From NCBI RefSeq assembly GCF_031583025.2, contig NZ_CP134062.1, positions 4,653,234-4,685,233 of the forward strand: a stretch of DNA of 32,000 nucleotides, written 5' to 3'. This DNA comes from Mycobacterium sp. Z3061 (GTDB taxonomy: Bacteria > Actinomycetota > Actinomycetes > Mycobacteriales > Mycobacteriaceae). The first letter of the stretch is position 1; every line of letters starts with the position of its first letter. The position numbers were made by a program, and so were the translations under genes. Below the pieces are notes generated by a model. The model was not told where the DNA came from. It searched no databases and saw only the letters and a program-made list of their open reading frames with translations. Below, one piece after another: positions 8,248 to 19,980 of this stretch.

Positions 8248-11200
8248 GTGAGCTTTTTCGCTCTTCCGCCGGAGGTGAACTCGGCACTGCTGCTCGGCGG
8301 CGCGGGACCAGAACCTTTGCTGGCCACCGCGTCCGCCTGGGAGGGTTTGTCCGCTGAGTTGGCGACCGCCGCGGCTTCGTTCTCCTCGGTGACCTCCGGG
8401 CTGGTGTCCGGCTCGTGGCAGGGCGCCTCAGCCGCGGCGATGGCGGCCGCGGCGGCACCGTATGCGGGTTGGCTGAGCGCCGCGGCGGCTTCCGCCGAGT
8501 CGTCGGCCGTGCAGGCCAGGGCGGTCGCGGCCGCCTTCGAGTCGGTCGTGGCCGCCGCGGTGCACCCGGGGGTCATCGCCGCCAACCGGTCGCAGTTCGT
8601 CTCATTGGCCCTGTCCAATATCTTCGGCCAGAACGCCCCGGCCATCGCGGCCACCGAGTTCGCCTATGAATCGATGTGGGCCCAGGACGTGGCGGCCATG
8701 GCCGGCTACCACCTGAATGCTTCGGCGCTGGTGGCGGGGTTGCAGCCCTTCACCCGACCGGCCCAGTTGCTCGGCGGGGTCGGCGGTCTGTCGACCGTTG
8801 CCGACTCAATAGCCGCCGCGGCGCAGGGAATCGCCGGCGGCCGCGGCAGCACGGTCAGCACCGGTACCCCGGTTGCGAGTACGGGGCCCGCCCCGGGCGG
8901 CGTTCCCGGGATTCTTGGTCAGCCGGGCACGGGATTCGTCAGCGCGGGTGTCGCACGGACTCTCGCCGCCGGCGCCGCGGGAGCGGCTGCGGCTGACCTC
9001 GGTCTGCTCAGCCTGCTGAATCCGGGCAATCCGCTCACCGGCTTCCTGAACGCCACCGGTCCCAGCTTCGACATCTTCCCGATCACTCTTCCCCTCGAAC
9101 TGAATGTCGCCGGAGCCGTCGGCCCGATCACCATCGAACCGATTCAGATCCTTCCGACCATCCCACTGAACTTCCACCAGACCTTCCTGCTGGGACCGCT
9201 GACCGTTCCACCGATCCACGTCCCGGCAATCCCGTTGGTGGACTTCAGCATTCCGATCGACATCGGCCCCCTGACGGTGTCGCCCATCACCCTGGTGCCG
9301 GCCATCGAGTTCCCCAGCCAGATCATCACAATTGCCGGATTCAACCTGGTGCCGGGCGGCATACAAACGTCCGGGCTGTGGGCGGGGCCCCTATTCCTGA
9401 GCCAGGGCGTCTTCATCAACCCCAACGTCAATCCCATTGCCGCGCAACTGAGCTACACGACCCCTGCGCTCACCCTGTTCCCGGGCGGTTTGAGCATCCC
9501 CGATGCCCCGCTGCACTTCGATGTCGGTATCAAGGCCGGCACCGGGGCCTTCACCATCCCCGGATTCTCCCTGCCCGAGCATGCCATTCCGCTGACGATC
9601 AGCACGGCCGGCCAGATCGACGGATTCAGCACGCCGAGGATTACCATCGACGCCATCCCGGCGTCATTGGATACCGTCGTTCGCGCCGATCGCGTGGTAC
9701 CCCTGTTCCCACTTCCGTCGATTCCCCTCACGATCACGGCCAATGGCACCGTGGGCCCCGTCCACGTCGCACCGATCGCCATACCGCAGGCGCACGCCGC
9801 CATCACCAACGCGACCGTCAGCATCGGCAGCTTCACCGTTCCCGAGATCGCCATTCCGCAGATACCGCTGCACGTGACGGGCACCGTGGCCCTGGCCCAG
9901 AACTCCATTTCCTCGGTCAACCTTCTCGACCCGCTCAATCTCACCGGGCAGCTCCAGCTCGGCCCGATCAGCGGTCCGAACGCACGCATCGACATCGCCA
10001 GCATGAGTCTGGGCAGCGGCCTGCCTTCTCTCGTTCTGAGAAACATCAATGTCGCGGTCGACGCCCTTTTCTACGGCCCCGAGACTCTCAATCTGGCGAC
10101 CACCCCACTGGCGTTGCCCGACATCAGCATTCCCGCACAGAACATCGTCACTCTGGGCCTGGGCGGCGGCATCAATCCCATGACTTTGTTCCCGGGTGGC
10201 CTCGCATTCCCGGAGAACTCGGTCAGCCTTACCAATTTCTCCGTCGGCTCCGATCCGTTCACCGTTTTTCCGGACGGCTTCCGCATCGATCAATTCCCGT
10301 TCAAAATCAACGCCACGGTGCTGTCGCCGACCCCGGTGCCCACCACCGGGAGCATCGGTCCCATCCATATCCCGGCGGCGCCGCTCATTCAGGCGGTCCG
10401 TGCGGGCGGATCCGGCAACATCAACCTGAACCTCGGCTTGCCCACTATTCCCACCCCCGCCATCGGCCTGGGCTTGAACGGCCTCGCGAACTACGGGTTC
10501 GTCACGCACGAGCCAATTGTCATTCCGCCGTTCGGCACCTCCGGAACCCTTGCCACCGAACCAATCGGCATCAACGTCAACATCGGTTCCATACCGTTCA
10601 CTCTCCGGGGCATACCGGTGATAGGCGGACAACTCGAAGGAAACGTCTTCGCCTTCGTCGTCAATCAGGGTATCGATGCAATGACGGTGCCGCTCGATTT
10701 CATGACGTCCCCCATCGCCATTCCGCCGCTTTCGCTGGGCGGGTCGATTCCAATCGATATTCCATTGGACATTGTCTCCGCCGCCACCATCCCGGGCATC
10801 GGCTATACACAGTCGATTCCGCTCAACTTCGCGACGGAAATACCGCAGTTCGCTATTCCCGAAACACTTATTCCCGCAATCCCGATCGGATCGAACCTCG
10901 CCCTGCCGGGGAGCATCGGGCCGCAACTGGGCGACGTGGTGACTTCCGGCGCGACCTGGCTCCAGCAGCAATTGATGAACGCGGGACTGGGCAACGCCGG
11001 TGTGTACAACTTCGGCAGCGGCAACCTGGGCAACCTCAACCTCGGCAACGGCAACATCGGCAGCTACAACCTGGGTGGCGGCAATATCGGCGATGCCAAC
11101 ATCGGTTGGGGCAACGGTGCTTTAGGCACCCTGCTGGGCAAGAATGTCGGCTTCGGCAACGCCGGGTCGGGCAACTTCGGATTCGGCAACGCCGGGTCGG

Positions 11201-13623
11201 GCAACATCGGTTTCGGCAATACCGGCACCGGCAACGTCGGCATCGGCCTGGTCGGCGACAACCAGAACGGTTTCGGCGGTTGGAACTCCGGGACCGGCAA
11301 CATCGGCCTGTTCAACTCCGGCACCAACAACGTCGGATTCTTCAACTCGGGCAACAACAACATCGGTATCGGCAACTCCGGCTTGGGCAGCACCGGCCTC
11401 TTCAACGCCGGCAACTTCAGCAGCGGACTGGGCAATGCGGGCGAGCGCAATCTCGGCTTCTTCAACGCGGGTAACGCCAACCTCGGCGCGTTCAACCCCG
11501 GCAATGTCAACTCCGGCCTGTTCAACAGCGGCGACGGCAACGTCGGGTTGGCCAATTCGGGTGACTTCAACGACGGGATATTGATCTCCGGCGACCACAG
11601 CATCGGCGCACTCTTCACGGGCGACTACCAGAATGTGGCCGACCCCAACCTGGGGATCACCCTTCTGGACATCAACCAGAACCTCGGTCCCGTCCACATC
11701 GACCCTATTCACGTTCCAGGGCTGCCGATCAACATCAACGAGACCATTTACATCAATTCTTTCACCGTGCCGCAGATCGACGTGCCCGCAATACCGGTGG
11801 AAATCCACCAAGGCGTGGCGCTGCCCGCCATCACCCTCTTCGAGGGCCTCAACATGCCGGCGCAGCAGATCGTGATTCCGCTCAACATCCCTGCCAGCAC
11901 CGGGTCGACGCTGCAGCTTCCGGCGATCGGCTTCAACGCCCAATACAAGCCCGACAACCTTCCCCCGTGGTCGTTCGGGCAATTCGCGATCAGCCAGCAA
12001 CTGAACACCCTGGGACCGACCGCCGGCATCCTCGTCCAGACCGGCGCCACCGATGCCCGGACCGGTGCCGTCACGCTGAACCTTCCAGCGATCAATATTC
12101 CGCGAATCGCGACCTCCCCGATTCCGCTGACCATCGACACCCACGGCGGCATTCCCGCCTTCACCCTGTTCCCCGGCGGACTGTCCATCCCGCAGAACCC
12201 GATTCCGGTCACTTACACGCTGACCGGCGGCCTGCAGCCGTTCACGATCTTCCCCGATGGCTACACGATCGACCCCATTCCGCTGCACCTGCACCTCGAC
12301 GCCACCCTGCTCAATCCGATCGACGGTATTCCTCCGTCACTCAACCTGGTCGATTTCCAGTTCTCCGGCGGCATGGGCCCGGTAAAGATCCCGGACCTCC
12401 CCATTCCCACCATTCCACTGGGCCTCAATTTCGGTCTGAGTCATGGGGCTTTCACCATCCCGCCGATCGAGCTTCCGAACATCCCGATCGACATCACCGG
12501 CGACATCGGCCTGGGCCCGATCGGCATCCCGTCCCAAGCGATTCCCACGATCTTCAACGACCCGTTGGCAACCGTCCATTTCGACGCGTTCAAGACTGCG
12601 GTGACGAAGATATCGCCATTCGTCATATGGACCAGCGGCAATGCGCCCTGGGACCCGATCCCCGCCCCTACCGGCGCATACATATCGATCGGTTCGCCAC
12701 CGCTGACCGACCTGCTCTTCGTCAACCCCCTGGTCCTCGGCAGCGCGACCCAGGATCCGTATTCGATAGTCTTCAGCGGCGGGACGTACGGCTTCAACAC
12801 GCCGGCCGTCATGATCGACAAGATCCCGCTGGGGTTCCGATTGCCGGGCGGTGTCGACGGCGCCACGATCTTCCCGAACGGGCTGACCTTCCCGGCCAAC
12901 AACCTGGTGGACCTCAATCTCGGCGCCGGGCCCAAAGGCTTCACCATTCCCGCCCGAACCATCCCCGCCATCCAGGCCAGCTTGGACGCCATCGTCAAAC
13001 TGGCCACCCCGGACAACCTGCTGCCGCCATACAAACTGCTCTACGTCACCGCCAACGGAGGCATCGGCCCCGCCGTACTCCCCTCGTTCCACATTCCGTC
13101 GATCCCGCTGGGCTTCGACCTCGGCGGCGGCATCGGTCCGATCACCATTCCGTCCTTCTCCACACCGCCCGTTCACCTGGGACTCGACCCGAGCGCAACC
13201 GCGGGCCCAGTCTCGATGCAGCCCATCAGCATCCCCCGGCTGACCGCCGACGCGTTCCTGCATTTCGATGAGATCAAGACCGGCCTCGCGACCACCACCG
13301 GCGCGATCTATTTCAGTGGAGGTGTCGTCCCGCAGATCAATCTCGGTGGATCCAGCACCAGCACGACGCCTGCATGGGAAATCCCCTGGTTCACGGTCTC
13401 GACCCCGCCAGGGGGAATCCCCGGATTCTCGATCCCGGTGGACCCGATCGAACTCGGCCTGCCGCTGTCGGTCACCATCCCGTCGCTGACCTTCCCGGGT
13501 CTGACTATCCCGCGAATTCCGTTGGGACAGGGGCTGTCCGGCGCTTTGCCGGCGTTCGATCTGCCGTCGATCACGATCGACCGGATTCCGATCAGCTTCG
13601 CCGGCCCGCTCACGCTGTTCTAG
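8248..13623 (+). CDS. PPE family protein, PPE-MPTR subfamily (1,791 aa)
   Basis: GTG start. The N-terminus [25 protein letters not shown] contains the PPE motif, and SWQGAS provides the WxG motif within a PPE domain of about 180 aa. This is followed by a Gly/Ala linker, long arrays of I-P-rich repeats, and a central NxGxGNxG (MPTR) block. Confidence 0.93.
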   Translation: MSFFALPPEVNSALLLGGAGPEPLLATASAWEGLSAELATAAASFSSVTSGLVSGSWQGASAAAMAAAAAPYAGWLSAAAASAESSAVQARAVAAAFESVVAAAVHPGVIAANRSQFVSLALSNIFGQNAPAIAATEFAYESMWAQDVAAMAGYHLNASALVAGLQPFTRPAQLLGGVGGLSTVADSIAAAAQGIAGGRGSTVSTGTPVASTGPAPGGVPGILGQPGTGFVSAGVARTLAAGAAGAAAADLGLLSLLNPGNPLTGFLNATGPSFDIFPITLPLELNVAGAVGPITIEPIQILPTIPLNFHQTFLLGPLTVPPIHVPAIPLVDFSIPIDIGPLTVSPITLVPAIEFPSQIITIAGFNLVPGGIQTSGLWAGPLFLSQGVFINPNVNPIAAQLSYTTPALTLFPGGLSIPDAPLHFDVGIKAGTGAFTIPGFSLPEHAIPLTISTAGQIDGFSTPRITIDAIPASLDTVVRADRVVPLFPLPSIPLTITANGTVGPVHVAPIAIPQAHAAITNATVSIGSFTVPEIAIPQIPLHVTGTVALAQNSISSVNLLDPLNLTGQLQLGPISGPNARIDIASMSLGSGLPSLVLRNINVAVDALFYGPETLNLATTPLALPDISIPAQNIVTLGLGGGINPMTLFPGGLAFPENSVSLTNFSVGSDPFTVFPDGFRIDQFPFKINATVLSPTPVPTTGSIGPIHIPAAPLIQAVRAGGSGNINLNLGLPTIPTPAIGLGLNGLANYGFVTHEPIVIPPFGTSGTLATEPIGINVNIGSIPFTLRGIPVIGGQLEGNVFAFVVNQGIDAMTVPLDFMTSPIAIPPLSLGGSIPIDIPLDIVSAATIPGIGYTQSIPLNFATEIPQFAIPETLIPAIPIGSNLALPGSIGPQLGDVVTSGATWLQQQLMNAGLGNAGVYNFGSGNLGNLNLGNGNIGSYNLGGGNIGDANIGWGNGALGTLLGKNVGFGNAGSGNFGFGNAGSGNIGFGNTGTGNVGIGLVGDNQNGFGGWNSGTGNIGLFNSGTNNVGFFNSGNNNIGIGNSGLGSTGLFNAGNFSSGLGNAGERNLGFFNAGNANLGAFNPGNVNSGLFNSGDGNVGLANSGDFNDGILISGDHSIGALFTGDYQNVADPNLGITLLDINQNLGPVHIDPIHVPGLPININETIYINSFTVPQIDVPAIPVEIHQGVALPAITLFEGLNMPAQQIVIPLNIPASTGSTLQLPAIGFNAQYKPDNLPPWSFGQFAISQQLNTLGPTAGILVQTGATDARTGAVTLNLPAINIPRIATSPIPLTIDTHGGIPAFTLFPGGLSIPQNPIPVTYTLTGGLQPFTIFPDGYTIDPIPLHLHLDATLLNPIDGIPPSLNLVDFQFSGGMGPVKIPDLPIPTIPLGLNFGLSHGAFTIPPIELPNIPIDITGDIGLGPIGIPSQAIPTIFNDPLATVHFDAFKTAVTKISPFVIWTSGNAPWDPIPAPTGAYISIGSPPLTDLLFVNPLVLGSATQDPYSIVFSGGTYGFNTPAVMIDKIPLGFRLPGGVDGATIFPNGLTFPANNLVDLNLGAGPKGFTIPARTIPAIQASLDAIVKLATPDNLLPPYKLLYVTANGGIGPAVLPSFHIPSIPLGFDLGGGIGPITIPSFSTPPVHLGLDPSATAGPVSMQPISIPRLTADAFLHFDEIKTGLATTTGAIYFSGGVVPQINLGGSSTSTTPAWEIPWFTVSTPPGGIPGFSIPVDPIELGLPLSVTIPSLTFPGLTIPRIPLGQGLSGALPAFDLPSITIDRIPISFAGPLTLF
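10978..11620 (+). repeat. MPTR block (tandem NxGxGNxG pentapeptide-type repeats) inside the PPE gene
   Basis: The translation reads [47 protein letters not shown]...[31 protein letters not shown]...[19 protein letters not shown]. Confidence 0.88.
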
Positions 13624-13704
13624 ACGAGGCGTCGATGATCCCCCGTCCGACCAGCCGCACAGCACACTTCCCCGCGTCCACCGAAGCCTGATTCAGAGGT
13701 ACCG

Positions 13705-16700
13705 ATGTCTTACGTCATTGCAACACCGGCGGCCCTGGCGGCGGCGTCAACGAACCTGTTCGACATCGGCGAAGCGATCCGGGCCGCCACCGCGGCCGCG
13801 GCCTCGCCGACGACGGGCATCGTGGCGGCGGCCGCCGACGAGGTCTCGGCGGCCATCGCGCGGTTGTTCGGCGGTTTCGGCCACGAGTATCAGCTGGCCA
13901 GCGCGCAGGCCGCGGCGGCCAACGACGAGTTCGTTCAGGCATTTGCGCGCGGCGCGGCGGCATACGAGCGCATCGAGTTCGGCAACGCCGGGCTGCTGCA
14001 ACCGCTCCTGGACAGCCCGCTGGCGACGGGCCTGATGGGGCTTGTCAATGCCCCCAGCGAGCTGATCACCGACCGACCGATGGTGGGCAATGGCGCCGAC
14101 GGCGCGCCGGGAACTGGTCAGAACGGCGGGGACGGCGGCTGGTTGTCCGGCAACGGCGGAAACGGCGGGTCGGGCGCGCCAGGCCAGCAGGGTGGTGCCG
14201 GCGGAAATGCCGGCGCCAACGGCAACGGCGGCACCGGCGGTGCGGGCGGCAATGCCGTCGCCCCCGGTGGGCGTGGTGGCGACGGCGGGCGCGGCGGCAA
14301 CGGCGGAACAACGACCGGCTTCGCCGGCACCGGCGGGGCGGGCGGAGCCGGTGCGCCCGGCGCAGCCGGGCAAGCCGGTGGTGCGGGCGGAAATGGCGGG
14401 GCCGGCGGGGCCAGCCAGATGTTAGGCCTGGCCAGCGGGGGCGCCGGCGGCGCGGGCGGCGTCGGCGGCGCGGGCGGCGCCGGCCTGGCAGGCGCTGCGG
14501 GCGGAGCAGGCGGAGCCGGCGGCGTTGGTGGGGCCGGCGGCGCAGGAAGCATTGCGGGGAACCTGGGCGTCGCCGGCGCCGGTGGCGACGGTGGCGTCGG
14601 TGGCGCGGGCGGAGCGGGCATCAGCACCCCCGGTGCCGGCGGCGATGGCGGGGCGGGTGGGCACGGCGGCGATGCCGGAGCCGGCGGCGCCGGGGTCGGA
14701 GGCGGCGGCTTCGGTCGCGGCGGCAACGGCGGGGCCGGCGGCGCAGGAGCCGACGGCGCCGGCGGCGCTGTGGGCGCGACCGGGTTCACAGGCGCGGCCG
14801 CGGCGGCGCCGGCGGTGCGGGTGGCAGCTCCGGAGCGGGCGGCACCGCGGGCAGCGGTGGGGTCGGCGGCGCCGGCGGTCACGGCGGCAACGGTGGCATC
14901 GCCCCCACCGGCCCCGGTCTGCAAGGCGGCGGCGGTGGTCAGGGCGGCGACGGCGGCGCAGGCGGAGCCGGTGGCGCGGGTACCACCGGCATCGGCGGTA
15001 ACGCCGGGAACGGCGGTGCCGGCGGTGACGGCGGCAAGGCCGGCGCCAGTAACGGAGCCGGCAGCGCAGGCGGCGCCGGCGGAAACGGTGGCGCGGCGGG
15101 AGCCGCAGGTACCGGTGCCGCAACGGGCCACGGCGGCACCGGCGGTCGCGGCGGCAACGGCGGGGACGGAAGCGGCGGCGTCAACGGCGGGTCCGGCAAG
15201 GCCGGGTTCGCCGGTGGCAGCGGGGGTGTCGGCGGCAACGGCGGCGATGGCGGCGCGACCGGCATCGGCGGCAACGCCGGGGACGGCGGCGCCGGAGGTG
15301 CCGGCGGGAAGGGCGGCTCGGATAACAGCGGCGGTGGGGGCTTCACCGCCCCGTCCGGCGGCAGCGGAGGCAATGGCGGCGACGCAGGCAAGGCCGGCAC
15401 GGGTCTGATCGCGGGCCGCGGCGGCGTCGGAGGCAACGGCGGAGTCGGCGGCGGCGGCACCGATGGCAGCGCGGGCACCACGGCCGGTAGTGCCGGCGAC
15501 AATGGCGGCGCCGGCGGCTCCGGCGGCAACGGCGGCAGCGGCGGTCTTACCGGCACCGGCGGCAACGCCGGAAACGGCGGCGCCGGCGGCAACGGCGGTT
15601 CCGGTGGAGGTAAGGCCAACTCCGGCATACCCGGCGGCAAGGGCGGAGCCGGCGGCAACGGTGGAAACGCCGGCGTCGCAGGTAGCGGCGCCGTCGTGGG
15701 CGGCGGCGCCAGCGGTGGCGCCGGCGGCACCGGCGGCGACGGTGGAATTGGCAGCAACGGCGCGGCCGGCAGCGGCGGAACCAGAGGCGGCAGCGGCGGG
15801 GCCGGTGGTAACGGCGGGGCCGGTGGCGTCAACGGTATCGGCGGCAACGCGGGCAACGGCGGTGCCGGCGGCAACGGCGGGAACGCGGGCAACGACACAG
15901 GCACCGGCGGCACCACGGCGCGGTCCGGCGGCAACGGCGGCAATGGCGGCGACGCCGGCCAGGCCGGCACCGGCGCTACCGCGGGGCGCGGTGGCACCGG
16001 CGGCAGTGGCGGGTCCGGCGGCAACGGCGCGGACGGCAACGCCAGTACGGTCGACGGCACTGCGGGCGACACCGGCGGGGACGGTGGGATCGGTGGCAAC
16101 GGCGGCAACGGCGGCGTCACCGGCACCGGGGGCAAAGCAGGCAACGGCGGCGCCGGCGGAAACGGCGGCAATGGGCAGAGCGGTCCCGGCACCACGGCCG
16201 GCAACGGCGGAGTCGGTGGCAACGGCGGCAACGCCGGCGCGGCCGGTGCCGGCGCCATCGCGGGTAGCGGCGCCGTCGGGGGCAGCGGAGGCAACGGCGG
16301 AAACGGCGGCAACGGCAACACGGGCGCGGCCGGCCACGCCGGGACAGACGGTGCCCAAGGCGGGGCCGGCGGTAACGGTGGCAGCGCCACCGGCACCGGC
16401 AGCATCGGCGGCAGAGCCGGCAACGGCGGGGCCGGCGGGACCGGTGGTGATGGCGGGGCCGACACGGGTACGGGCGGTGCCACCGCCGCTGGTGGCGGCA
16501 AAGGAGGCAACGGCGGCGACGCCGGCAACGCCGGCACTGGCGCCACATCAGGCAGCGGCGGCACCGGCGGAACCGGCGGAACCGGCGGCAAAGGGGCGAA
16601 CGGCAACGCTGGCGGTCTCGGCACCATCGGTGATAACGGTGGCGCCGGCGGTGCGGGCGGAAACGGCGGCAACGCCACCGGCACCGGAAGCGTCGGCGGC

Positions 16701-19700
16701 AAAGCCGGCGACGGCGGCGCCGGCGGCAATGGCGGCAACGGCTACTCCGGCGCCGGCAGCAACGGCGGCAGCGGTGGCACCGGGGGCGCCGGCGGCAATG
16801 CCGGCAGCGGCGGCACCGGAGCCGTCACGGGTGGCGGCGGCGTCGGCGGGAGCGGTGGTTCGGGCGGAAACGGCGGCAACGGTAGCGAGGGCGCGGCCGG
16901 CGCAGCCGGAACCGCCGGCGGCAACGGCGGCACCGGCGGCAACGGCGGCAACGCGACTGGCACCGGCAGCATCGGCGGCAAGGCCGGCGATGGCGGCAAC
17001 GGCGGTCACGGCGGAAAGGGCGGTGCCGACATCGGCGCCGGCGGGGCCACTGCTCCTGCGGGCGGTGCCGGCGGAAACGGCGGCAACGCCGGCACGGCGG
17101 GTACCGGGTCCACCAAGGGCAGCGGCGGCATCGGCGGCAACGGCGGTGACGGCGGCGGCGGTGCCACCGGCAGAGGCGGAACCGACACCGTCGGGAAGAC
17201 AGGCGATGCCGGCGGTCTGGGTGGGGCCGGCGGCATCGGCGGCAACGCCTCGGGCGTCGGCGGAAAAGCGGGCAACGGCGGATCGGGTGGCAGCGGCGGC
17301 GACGGCGGGGCCGGAGGCACCGACACCGGAACCGGCGGCACGACAGCCCCGGCCGGCGGCGCAGGTGGCCGTGGCGGCGCGGGTGGCCGTCCGGGCGCGG
17401 CGAGCGGTAGTGCCGCCGGCGGTATCGGCGGCACCGGTGGTACCGGCGGCCACGGCGGCAACGGCAGCGTAGGCGCCGCCGGTGACCATGGTGGCGCGGG
17501 TGGCGTCGGCGGCATCGGCGGCGCCGGAGGAAACGCCTCCGGTACCGGCGGCAAGGCCGGCAACGCGGGCAACGGCGGCGCCGGCGGCCGCGGCGGTGAC
17601 GGCGGCGCGGACCTCGGCGGCTCCGGTGCATCATCCGGCGGAGCCGGCGGTAAAGGCGGCAATGCCGGCGCGGCGGGTACAGGCGGCACCGCGGCGGGCA
17701 AGGGTGGTGTAGGTGGGGCCGGCGGCGACGGCGGCAACGGCAGCGCCGGCGGTGACAACAGCGGCAGAGGCGGCGGTAACGGCGGTGCCGGCGGGGTCGG
17801 CGGCGCCGCCACCGGCACCGGCAGCGTGGGCGGCGCCGGCGGCAACGGTGGTGCGGGCGGCAACGGCGGCACGGGCAGCGATGCGGCCCTCAACTCGGGC
17901 CTGGCCGGTGGTAACGGCGGCGTCGGCGGACTCGGCGGCAACGGCGGCACCGGCGGCGTCGGCGGCACCACCGGCGGCAAGGGCGGACTCGGCGGCAACG
18001 GCGGTACCGGCGGCGTCAGCGGAATCAGCGAAGGCAGCGGCGCCGTCGGCGGCGTCGGCGGCAAGGCCGGCAACGGCGGTAACGGGGGCAACGGGGGCAC
18101 AACCGGCGGCAGCGCAGGCAGCGGTGGCAACGGCGGCAACGGTGGCAACGGCGGCGCGGACGCCGGGAAGGGCGGCGTGACGGCACCTTCGGGTGGGGCC
18201 GGCGGCAATGGCGGTGACGCGGGCAAAGCCGGTAGCGGTGCGACTGCCGGCAGCGGCGCAGCCGGCGGCACCGGCGGCGCTGGCGGCAAGGGCAGCAACG
18301 GCAACAGCGGCGCGGCGGGCACCGTGGGAGACGCCGGCGGCAACGGCGGTGCAGGCGGCAACGGCGGCAACGCCACCGGTGTCGGGAGCATCGGAGGCAA
18401 AGCCGGCAGCGGCGGCGCGGGCGGCAACGGCGGCGCCGGCGGCGCCGGTGTCACAGGCGCCGGCGCAGGTAACGCCGGCGGTGCCGGCGGTACGGGTGGC
18501 AACGCCGGCGCCACCGGCACGGGCAGCACGCAGGGCAGCGGTGGCCGAGGCGGCGACGGCGGCAACGGCGGCACCGGCGGCAACGGCCTCACCGGTGCGA
18601 CTGGCAAAGCGGGCGACACCGGCGGTAACGGCGGCAAGGGCGGCGACGGCGGAAACGCCACCGGCACCGGCGGCGTCAGCGGCAGCGGCGGCGCCGGCGG
18701 CAACGCCGGCAATGGCGGCAACGCCGGCACCGACAACGGCCCGGGCGGCGTGAGCGCCCCGGCCGGCGGTGCCGGCGGAGTCGGCGGTAACGGCGGCAGT
18801 GCCGGCACTACCAGCAACGGCGCCACGGCCGGGAATGGCGGCGGCGGCGGCAAGGGCGGCAACGGCGGCAACGGCGCTCAGGGCATCAACGCCGGCGCGT
18901 CTTTCGCTGCTGACGCGGGCGGCAGCGGCGGCGCCGGCGGCAAAGGCGGCAACGGCGGCAACTCCGGCCCGGGTGGAACCAACGGCGCCAGCGGCAGCGG
19001 CGGCCACGGGGGCAACGGCGGCACCGGCGGCAACGGTGGGCCTCTCGGCGACGACGTCGGCAGGGGCGGGGACGGCGGCAACGGCGGCGCCGCGGGCATC
19101 GCCGGCAAGGGTGGCGCCCTGAGCGCCGTCGGCGGTACCGGCGGCAACGGCGGTTCCGGAGGCAAGGGCGGCAACGGCAGTCCCGCTGCGCCGGGCGGAG
19201 CCGGCGGCAACGGAGGTAGCGGCGGCGAAGGCGGGATCGGCGACCTCACCGCGGCGGGCGGCAGCGGCGGCGGCGGCGGCCAGGGCGGTAACGGCGGCAA
19301 CAACACCACGTCGATTCCCGCCAAGGGCGGCCTCGGCGGGCGCGGCGGCGACGGCGGGGCCGGTGGCGCGAGCACAGGAGCCGTCACAACGAATATCGGC
19401 GGTACCGGCGGCAGCGGTGGAACCGGCGGCAGTGGCGGCACCGGCAGTTCGAGCAAAGGCACGGCTGCTCCCAACGCGGGCGGTGCCGGCGGAGGCGGCG
19501 GCAACGGCGGCAGGGGTGGTGACGCCGGAACCTTCAACGGCTCGACATTTGTCGGTGGCACGGCCGGCAACGGCGGGTCAGCCGGTAACGGCGGCACCGG
19601 CGGCACCGGCGGCACCGGCCTGACCGGCTCGGGCTTCACCGGCGCGAAGGGCGGTGACGGCGGCACCGCCGGCAAGGGCGGCGACGGCGGCACCAGCGGG

Positions 19701-19883
19701 GTCGGAGGCACGGGCGGCGCCGGCGCCAACGGCGGCACCGGCGGCTCCGGCGGCACGGGAGGCACCGGCAGTACCGGCGGCAAAGGCACCGCTGGTGGCG
19801 ACGGCGTCACGGGCGGTCCCGCTGTCGGCAGCACCGGCGGCACCGGCGGCAAGGGCGGGACAGGCGGCCCCGGCGGTGTCTGA
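13705..19883 (+). pseudogene. PE_PGRS family gene, frameshifted (frame 1 to frame 3 near nt 14,797-14,802); about 2,059 codons if repaired
   Basis: A canonical PE domain starts at ATG 13705 ([15 protein letters not shown]..., with YxxxE = YERIE at codon 87), followed by the linker [11 protein letters not shown] and then Gly-rich PGRS. The Gly-rich reading leaves frame 1 after about 14799. Frame 1 then turns Ala/Pro-rich and stops at 15408. The Gly-rich reading continues stop-free in frame 3 from 14802 to the TGA at 19881-19883. The ORF track shows only the 13705-15408 and 15696-19883 pieces. Confidence applies to PE_PGRS identity; true pseudogene versus sequencing error is unresolved. Confidence 0.85.
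14985..18950 (+). repeat. Higher-order PGRS super-repeat of about 94 aa (270-294 nt), about 14 tandem units
   Basis: An in-frame anchor motif (x-T/S-G-T/I/V-G-[S]-x-G-G-K/N/R-A-G-N/D-G-G-A-G-G) recurs at nt 14985, 15258, 15549, 15831, 16119, 16389, 16677, 16956, 17250, 17538, 17811, about 18090, 18375 and 18660. Confidence 0.7.
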
Positions 19884-19980
19884 CCCGGCTACCCACACCA
19901 GGTCAACGTCGGAGCGCACACTCCGGAGTTACAGTTCGAGCACTGCTGCCGGAGACGGCGCGTAACGATTGGGGGCTGCC

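Noticed and set aside
9378-13271. Long +2-frame ORFs inside the PPE gene (9378-11474, 698 aa; 11967-13271, 434 aa) and antisense ORFs (9664-10971, 11122-12294, 12337-13665)
   Set aside because: The products are Arg/His/Pro/Gly-rich with no motifs. Their length is explained by the repetitive, stop-poor codon usage of the PPE repeats. The PPE frame has the clear N-terminal PPE domain and MPTR repeats.
14790-14810. Programmed ribosomal frameshift at the PE_PGRS frame break
   Set aside because: I saw no slippery heptamer (X XXY YYZ) and no obvious downstream pseudoknot or hairpin distinct from the general GC-rich background. A 1-nt indel in a GC run is the simpler explanation.
14800-17712. Same-strand alternative-frame ORFs in the PGRS gene (tail of 13705-15408, 15463-17472, 14525-15001, and others) with Ala/Pro/Arg-rich products
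   Set aside because: These are out-of-register readings of GGN repeats. The Gly-rich register is the only one continuous with the PE domain once the single frameshift is taken into account.
14100-19880. Possibility that the highly repetitive region is a CRISPR array or non-coding minisatellite
   Set aside because: There is no repeat-spacer organisation. Periodicity is codon-based (multiples of 3), and the region is contiguous with a PE secretion domain. It is a coding PGRS.
14118-19919. Very long antisense ORFs across the PGRS region (for example 14118-16358, 14939-16738, 17006-18871, 18878-19852), encoding PPAPP/Ala-rich or Arg-rich proteins of 300-750 aa
   Set aside because: They are mirror images of the GGC/GCC-dominated PGRS codons. 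All six frames stay open in such sequence. They have no recognisable domains, starts or RBS, and the sense strand has a bona fide PE domain and a coherent repeat structure.
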